DNA of 64,000 nucleotides. Source: Octopus sinensis. Its lineage: Eukaryota. The notes under the pieces were generated by a model. The model ran no database searches, was not told the DNA's origin, and saw only the letters and a list, made by a program, of their open reading frames with translations. Shown here one piece after another: positions 55,067 through 64,000 of the stretch (the first letter of the stretch is position 1; every line of letters starts with the position of its first letter). The stretch spans positions 65,670,464 to 65,734,463 of the forward strand of contig NC_043011.1 in NCBI RefSeq assembly GCF_006345805.1, given 5' to 3'. The translations under genes were made by a program, and so were the position numbers.

Positions 55067-55959
55067 CTGAAAGAAAATACGAATAGGACGAATGTGAAAT
55101 TATTACCAATAACATTTTATTTACCTAGAGCAGATTTGTTTGGGGTTATCATAATCTCATTTGCGTAGAAGAAATTAATAGGCTCAATGTAACGCACTTC
55201 CTGAATTAGATTTGTTTCATCCAATGGTGTGAGAATACATAAAAACTAAAAGTAAATTTAGGGTTTATACATAAACGACCCTGTTAGCCTTTTTGTAAAC
55301 TCTACATCATGAAATTCTGCAAGATACAACAATAAGAAACATCTTTCAGAATTTTCTTTAAGATATCAGAACTTTGCGATATTAAGTTTATTCAAATCTG
55401 AAGCTGTAACATCTGAGCGAAGAAATTTCTTTGCTGTGCTTTTGTATCTTCTATTTTGTTTCAGTCTTTAGACTCAGTCTATGACATGTCACCACATCAA
55501 GAAACGTTAGTCGAATTTATTTTGCAGTTTATGCTTGGAATTTAATCAAACATTGCATCTTGCTGTACACCAAGTTTACGGGCCCTGAAACAAGGACACA
55601 TGTCAACCGGTAATGGGGACAAAAACACATTCACACATATGTGTGTATACATATTTATATACACACACACGCACACACACACACACACATATGTATATAT
55701 GAACATATTCACAAACACACACACTATCACAAACACACACACATATATATCGTGTTGTAAAGTAATGCAATCTTCTAATTAGGGTAAAAATACGAATACA
55801 TTTATGCACAGACATGCTAGATGTAAATAGACACCTTTATTTTTCAAAATTTCGGACCTAAGCGTCTTAATATATTTTCAACGGTGTACAATTTACAATG
55901 TGACAGTTCGGTTTTCGTTCCAGGCGCCATTATATTAATCATTACCGAAGAATTACCAT

Positions 55960-57070
55960 GTTACGCACAAACATTCAGCAGAACTGTCAGGTTTTCAAGG
56001 AGTTCGTATTGTTCGTCATTTTGAGACTGGTCTTAGCCATTAAAAAATTGCCGAAAATCTTCAAAATGCTCTTTCGAATGTTAATAGTGTTATAGTGCAA
56101 ATCAAAAGCCAAAGAGAAGAATCAACTTATTTTCGTCCCGGTCAAATCTAGGCACTCGGAATGGATGATTCAGTGTTTGAAGACAATTGTGGCAAATGAA
56201 CCCCTTTCGAAGGCTTCTGACAGTACAAAAAAACCTAGAAGTTACTCCAAGAGAATGTGTGTTACATATCTCTTTAAGTATTATGGACGAATATCTAGAA
56301 GAAAACCTCCCCTTCAAACAATTAATATCAAGAAAGAAATGAAATGTGCTAAGGATATGTCAGAGAAATCCAGTTAATTTTGGGTTAGACTGATTTTCTC
56401 AGATGATTCCAGATTTGAATTACTTTCAGACAGTGGACGTGTTTGGGTCTGGATGTTTTCCAATCAAGAATTCGATTTTAAACGACTCCAACTAACTGTG
56501 AAACATGGCGGTAGCTCTGTAATGGTATGTGGAGCTGTCACCAGCAATGGTCGTTCTGAGATGGTCGAATGTATTGGAACCATAAACACTGAAAAATACA
56601 TCGAAATATTAAGCAACGACTACTTCCGATTTATTCAAACGATTGCACAAAGGAAAATGAATTTTTATTAATGAAAGATTCGGCTCCACGAAGCAGAGCG
56701 GAAAGGAATCATCAATGGGTGACTGAAAATAGGTTCGGAAAGCTTCCTTGGCCGAGCCAATCTCCTGACATGAACCCAATTGAAAATCTCATGGAGCATA
56801 CTAGATAGAGCTATACGAAAACACAAAGGAATCCTAAATCTAAAGATGAATTGTTTCGATTGCTGCGTGAAAAGTGGATAGAAATTCCACACGAGACAAG
56901 CCCAAAGATCATCAGTTCAATGGCCAAAAGAGTTTCTGAATTAAAAACTGCAAAATGTATGTCAACTAAATACTAAAATATGTCGTCCTATCTATCGACT
57001 ACATTGCAATTGTTCGCTTTGCGTACAAAAGTAAAGATTCTGAAAATTAAGGATGTCGATTTGCTTCCTG
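55960..57070 (+). mobile_element. Tc1-like transposon, paralog in G5 intron 4
   Basis: Same motifs as 7640-8760. Confidence 0.9.
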
Positions 57071-57142
57071 CATATATACGTTTAAATATTTGTTGTGCAA
57101 GAATTTATTGGCTAAACTGGCAAAATGACCATTCCGAAATAT

Positions 57143-57214
<72 letters not shown>

Positions 57215-57364
57215 TTATATATACATATACATTTTTGTTGGAGAGAGTTCTCTACAGTGCCATGTATAAGGAGAGCTGATAGACGAATGTTTCATTTTGT
57301 TTAAGACAAGTTAAATATGTATGCATAATCGAAGAAATATTTGGAGGAAGAATAAGATGCTTAC

Positions 57365-57452
57365 CTGGTAGCAACCGCTATGCTTTTTGAAAGCGTCATG
57401 GCATTGCCAGCTGATATCTCTAGTTAAACATGCCAACAAGTCTTTGAAACCA
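57365..57452 (-). CDS. G5 exon 4: GFKDLLACLTRDISWQCHDAFKKHSGCYQ (gene lacks exon 3)
   Basis: One amino acid different from G1 exon 4. Confidence 0.75.
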
Positions 57453-57905
57453 CTGAAAATTTAAAGCGAAGCTTTCAAATTTCATTTACGATATGATCAC
57501 TTAAGACGATTCAATAATTTATCTATAAAATCTAATGAGAACGTAAGCATTCACATCAACACTAATCTCCATACGTCTCAAGCGGAACTAATGTTACATA
57601 GTCGTAGCTATGATCAAACATCTGAAATATGTGAATATCCTATATCGCACAAGTGAATTAATTTACCTACTGTGTACAAACAGTAAAGATAAATGCTAAA
57701 GCGAAAAGTGTAATAGCTCCTAAAAGAGTTTGATATATAAGGCAAGTAAATGTCAATTATATCTAATACGTGTGTTATTAATTTATAACGACCATCAGTT
57801 TCGGAATCAATTCCTACACATTATTACTTGCAGACAAGCATATATGGTTTATATTATATTATATTATAAAATGTTATCATATGTCTCTGTGTGTGTGTAA
57901 ATGTG

Positions 57906-59464
57906 TTTTTCCTATTCGAACTTTATTTACATTTTTTGTTAAAAATGGCAAAGGAACTGATTGTTTGGGAGCTAGAAGATCCCAAAAAATATGTCAAACA
58001 GCTCGAGGATAAGACCGTGGTACTGAGGACTTATTCAAGGTCGCTCAACGCTATCATGGTTTTTCCGAAGGCGAAAATTATTGAAGAGCTGGCAGACCAC
58101 ATGCCAGCCGTAAAATATATCCAACGGGGAGCCAAATACGCAACGGTTTGGTTGCTGTTTGACTCCCCAAAAGATGCTTGCGAGTTTGCAAGCAGGCCCA
58201 TTGAGGGCAAATAAATCTTGTTTCTCCCTAGTTACAAGGGAGAAAAATTGACAAGACTGTGGGTCTGCGGCCTGCCACCCGACATTGAACCCGAGTGGAT
58301 AGAACACTCTATCCGCTTGGGTCTGGGTGACAGGGACGCAAAAATCGTAAATGTCAATGTACAGCCTGCGGCTTATTGGGAGGGGTCTAAGGCAAACTTA
58401 ACCCTATGGACCCAGTCAGCCATAAGTCTGGTTTTACCGGACTTTTTGAGAATGGCCGGGTCCAAGTATCCGGTGATGCTTGAGGGAGCCCCCTCAAGTG
58501 TCACCTGTGTTTGGAGACCGGCCACATCAAGAAGAGCTGCACCAGGGACCAGAGTAGCATCCTGGAGCGGCTGATATTGGAGCCTCTCCCTGCCTCCTCA
58601 ATGGAGGGATAGAGGCAAAGTGAGGAGGGGGAAAAATCCTCCTCCAAAGAAAGAGAAAGGTGGGGAGCAATGGCGACCCACCAAAGGACCTGAAAGCTCC
58701 GGGAGAGGAGAACCCGGTGTGTACAGCTCCGGAAACTCAGCCTCCTGTGGAAAAGGAAAAAAAAGAGAAACGGAGCCCCGCCGGCAGATTGCTACACGCA
58801 GACGGCGGTTCCCGAGTATCCCGGGTCCTCTCAGGCGGGTGTGCCGCCTGAGGGACAATTCGTGGTAGATTTTGTGCTCCTCATTTACAAAGGAAAAAAG
58901 GTGGAAAGCACCGTAAGAAAAGTGAGAAAGAGAGGACATTGGGAGGTAATCCGGTCCTGTGTGGAAAACCCCGAGTGGCCTTCGCAGATAGCTGCGGGTG
59001 TCGTGGGAAGGGGTGATCTACACAGGATCGTGGGTTCCTGCCCGGCGGACTCCTTCCAGACTATACCATTGGACACCGGCCTGACCAACGAGTATTGCCT
59101 CAATGAGGCAAGAGCAATGGTCGGCCGGGTCACATAGGCGCTGTAACATCTTTGTAACATGTGGAAGAGGAGGCTTATTGCCTCCTCTAAAATTTGTAAA
59201 AATTTGTAAAAATTGTAATTCAATGTTAAGTTAAACATTTTGCAACAGGTTGAAGGGGTGGTTTATTGCCTCCTCTAAAATTTGTAATTTGTAATCATTG
59301 TAGTAAATGTAATTATTGAACATTGTTTTAGAGAAGCAAGAGTCGGCGGGCGCTTTTTGACTTCTCCCATCACCATATTCATCCACCACCACCATCATCC
59401 ATTAATGTCTTTGTCCAGCCCGTAGCTACTCTGTGTGCTGCCCTAGTGGCAAATTATTGAAATA
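57906..59464 (+). mobile_element. ORF1-only retroelement: gag-like ORF (57945 to ~59137, with a nonsense codon and frameshifts), CCHC knuckle, ~320-nt 3' UTR ending in AATAAA, no RT
   Basis: CHLCLETGHIKKSC (CX2CX4HX4C) at 58499-58540 after a 1-nt frameshift; in-frame TAA at 58212-58214. Confidence 0.8.
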
Positions 59465-59851
59465 AAGTAGCTTGCTAACCAACCACATGGTTCCGGGTTC
59501 AGTCCCACTGCGTGGCATCTTGGGCAAGTGTCTTCTGCTATAGCCTTGGGCCGACCAATGCCTTGTGAGTGGATTTGGTAGACAGAAACTGAAAGAAGCC
59601 TGTCGTATATATGTATATATATATATATTTATGTGTGTGTGCTTCTGTGTCTGTGTTTGTCCCCCTAGCATTGCTTGACAACCAATGCTGGTGTGTTTAC
59701 GTCCCCGTTACTTAGCGGTTCGGCAAAAAAGACCGATAGAATAAGTACTGGGCTTACAAAGAATAAGTCCCGGGGTCGATTTGCTCGACTAAAGGCGGTG
59801 CTCCAGCATGGCCGCAGTCAAATGACTGAAACAAGTAAAAGAGTAAAAGAG
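59465..59851 (+). mobile_element. SINE body following the ORF1-only element (paralog of 12857-13240)
   Basis: Near-identical sequence and same 3' flank tatttctaaatctc. Confidence 0.9.
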
Positions 59852-61036
59852 TATTTCTAAATCTCAAAACAAGAGATATTCAGCAACAGTACTTTGGTGA
59901 AAAGATCATTTGCCGACATAACATGGCTTTCCTGGTTTAGGAGGAATGTTGCTGTAATTTAGCTCCAGGAGACATCGTCTCCAGCTGGCTACGCCACACG
60001 ATCAGTGCCGTTATATTTTCGAGCAAGGGAATCTAGCATCCCCCCTCAACTGAAAACTATATCTGTGTATCGCGATCCTTGGTTTATTTCCCTTCATAAG
60101 CAAAGAATAATTGTTCGGTCGAATATTGTTAAGAACTGGGTGGGTGTGCTAGATTCACTTGTTCGAAAATATAATGACAAGGATCGAGTTTTATAGAAAT
60201 CTGGAGAAGATGTCTCCTGGGGCTAAATTACATCAACATTCGTCCTAACCTAGGACTGCCGTGTTATGTGTGAAATGATCTTTACTTCCTGTCGTTACTA
60301 AAGGAAAAGGAAGACAAGATTTTGAATAGTGTTATAAATTCTCATAACTGACTGATAACACACTTTCAAGCCCGTTCACATCTACGTTTAATTTTGGAAA
60401 TATGTACTGAACACACTCTAATTATTATATACGTTAATTAATGTTCATAGAAATGAAATTAATTATAAAGTATTATAAAGGCAGTAGTTATATATCACGA
60501 TGAAAATATTATAAACGATAAGATCAAATTATACTTATTGTTACGTTATATAAATTGCACGCTATACAAAAAAACAAACGCCTGTTTCTTACTATAATAG
60601 CACTGATAAAGGGTAATTGAACAAATATAATTTGTCGCAAGAATAAATATATTAAGAAATGCTACGATATCTAAAGATAATTCCAGAGGTTTTTTTTAAT
60701 GAATAAGGACAATATCGTGCTGTGATTCTACATAGTGATCTCGTACTTACTTATGACTCCCAATAATCTTGAGTTTTATATTATTAATTTTTTTATTTAT
60801 ATTTATATGGTTGTATATTATTTATTTTGAATTCGTTTGCGACTCAAATGATAACTTTTCGTTGCAAAATGACAGCAAATTTCGGTATTTTGTTCACATT
60901 TATACACTAAATGTTACGCTGAATATTGCATGTTTGAGGGATACATATTATATACGGAATGGCAAATTTATTTTACCAGCATAAGATTGGTGAATCTAAA
61001 ACAATATTGTACATCAGTACTCGCTCTATCTCTCTT

Positions 61037-61167
<131 letters not shown>

Positions 61168-62673
61168 TTATATATATATATATGTATATATACATATATA
61201 AATTCTAGTGTATATTTGTTTGTGTGTTTTCGTGTGTACACACACACGTAAAAGCATATATATATATAGATATATACATATATATATATATATATGTACA
61301 TATCATTAACCAAGGACGTGGTTGAATATAGTCCAAGATTTCATCAATTGCAGCTGGTTCCAAGCGTCACTACTTATTCAATTCTCAGTAAAATTGCAAA
61401 GTGTGAAAAGTTTTAAAGAGGACACCTCCTCAGCTACGTTAGAATTTGGCATAAATAGTTTGAGATTTGGTTCAGTAGAAAAAATCTATATGAAAATATG
61501 TGAGTCTTCAAGGTGGGCAGGAATGTAGGTTTTCATTTTCACTTAACAAAATGTTTAAATTTTAAATAAATGTCTACTTTCCATAGGCTTAAATGATAGA
61601 AAAATAGAGGAGGAATTTGAGAATCGTTAGACACATTTAACAAAACTCAGTAGAGAAAATGTTATGAGGGGAAATGTTATGAAATGTAAAACGCCCCACG
61701 CAATAATTGTAATTATAAACACGAATGTCTTTAATGTAGGGTGGCGGAAATGCTGGCAGAAATTTTACGAGACCGGGCGAAATTCTTAACGGATTTTTTC
61801 CCATCTTTACGTTCTGAGTTCAATTTCCGCGAAGGTCATTTTATCTTTCGTATATTTTATTGTTTAAATGAAATATTTAATATAGTTATTTTCAAAATTC
61901 TGTTGAAATAGGGTAAAGTTATCTTTTATTATTAATCATGTTTCACATTTAATTAACTTGCTTTCTGCTTTTTTTTGCTTTTCCTTTTTAGTTGATTTCC
62001 TTTTGTTTTATTTAATTATTTAATCAGTCTTATTCATATATACTTGATTAATATGTATCTAACTTAATTGGGGAGGAATACAATCACTTTTCGCTAGGTC
62101 TGTGATTATATTCCAAATTTATTTTTGAAATTTAAAGAATAATTGAAGGGGATTTCTCATAATTTAAATTTATATTAATGGGATGTAGGTAATTTTAAAT
62201 TGTGTATATCAGATATACTAAATGAATAACGTATCCTTAAAAACTCAAAAGTAAGCTGCAGATAAAAAGAGAGTAAAAATACTAAAATATAAAAAATATA
62301 AAACAAAATATAAATAGGTATAATTTTTTTATAAAGTATTAAAACAAATAAAAAGATAATACAAAATTTTTAAAAATGAGAGATGAAATGTTCTGAATAT
62401 GAAATAACACCATTGGATTCTTAATATTAGTTTAGCGAGAGATACATATGAGACACGGTCTGGGTTTACGATGGATGAAATATATTAAAAATAACCGTTA
62501 TGTGTAACTGATAAAGCTTACATTCCAATCGTCATTGATTGCAGTATGCATATTTCAAGCGTGGTGATATCTCTTAGATAACATACATTCTAATATGTAT
62601 ATGTATAGATATATTAATGAATGTATTGCATAGTAGTTATTAGAGCTCCTGTTAAGGAAATAATATTACTCAC

Positions 62674-62710
62674 GGGATATGAGAAGTGCAATAAAAATGA
62701 GTATCTTCAT
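62674..62710 (-). CDS. G5 exon 2: signal peptide MKILIFIALLIS
   Basis: As G3 exon 2. Confidence 0.8.
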
Positions 62711-64000
62711 AATGCCGTTTCCTGTAAAATGCTTGTTCTGATGGTGTATGGTTCACTTCTGTTTTAGGATCTTCAATTCCCTTCCTCGTTACTTCATTTA
62801 TATTTTGCAATTTAATGTAACAGATGGTTTAGTCAGAGTGTAGTTTCAACATCTTTGTGATTAACGTTCTATATTTGATGCTTGTATAATATATCTGAGA
62901 ATTTATTAATTTCAGTATTGATTTGCTTTCTATGTGGCCGTCATGTTAATGCTAATTTAATGGAGCTGTGCTAGTATGAAACCTACATCATATATTCCTC
63001 TTAAATGTATAGCGAACATGATATTCCAGTGTTTGAAACTTTCAATCTGCATAAGTCTTTCGTTAATTATATTCAGTGAGAATATAATATATTGAATTAA
63101 TATTGAGTGCTCAATTGTATCAACGTATTGATGCTATTAAAGTATTTATATAATTAATACGAGCGAGTATATATACATATATATTTGTTAATAATATATT
63201 AATATAAGTAGTATTAAGAAATCAATATCAAAACACATCAGAAAGATATACATGTGTGAAAAAAATGATTGTTGTATTAAAGATATATTAATAAATGTAA
63301 ATATGTATAAAAATATATGTAAATATGTATAAGTAAGATTATATAACGTATATTACAGTTTACAAGTTTTGAATTAATTATTTAAAGCACCTTACGATCG
63401 TTTAACATTAGAATTGTCCCTATAATGAACTCCTATTGTGATAAGCATTTATAGACAACGCTTCTGCTCTTCAGAGATATAAAATTAGAATTGTGTATAA
63501 CATATTGAATGATAGATTTTGTTTTTTTTATACTTTGAAGTAAATGTATAAAGTATTATTTGTTTGAAGGATAAATTAACTATTAAAAATTACTGCATTT
63601 GATGAGATTCTTTAAATCCATATATACTTCCTTGGTTATTCTTCTGCAATAATCCATAATATTCATATTTAAAATCCGTCATATTATCGTTCCAAGTATA
63701 GTTCATATAGTTAGTTGAGAAATGTGAAATTTGTATATACTTTTGTTTGATCCTCTTGAAATTCGTATGTCTTCTTGGTAATTCCTCTGTAGCAATCCAT
63801 AATGCCTTTGTATAAATTTCATTATATTATCTGGTAATCTAAATATAATGCATATTACAAAATCAAAATATATTTAAAATATAATTTGGTTCTCTCATAT
63901 ATTTCGTCATGCACCAATCTCTCAATTTAACAACCATACCTTGTACCACATACTCAGAAGTTACTGACAGCCTTTGGCAAAGAGAGACAACATCCTAGTC

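Overview
AT-rich, microsatellite-dense eukaryotic DNA; SINE and repeat style suggest an octopus or other coleoid cephalopod (inference from recall, not a search). The window is a head-to-tail segmental array: unit A ~2.4-27.8 kb, unit B ~27.8-50.4 kb, unit C 50.4 kb to the end, with A and C more alike than A and B. The ORF track misses a minus-strand multi-exon gene family found by reading splice sites. There are five copies of a gene for a ~78-79 aa secreted precursor: signal peptide, ~60 aa mature peptide with six conserved Cys, and a C-terminal Gly-Lys. G1 and G3 are intact, G2 and G4 are partial with a shared TAG, and G5 has lost exon 3. The Cys-bearing exons are far more diverged between copies than the adjacent introns, with almost only amino-acid-changing substitutions, as in toxin, pheromone and defence peptide families. 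A second notable element is an ORF1-only (gag-like, CCHC knuckle) retroelement inserted with a 15-bp target-site duplication into the tRNA-like head of a SINE. The rest is degenerate TEs (R4/Dong-like, CR1, RTE, Penelope, Tc1/mariner, Helitron, SINEs), foldback elements and microsatellites. All exon models are predictions and need RNA evidence.
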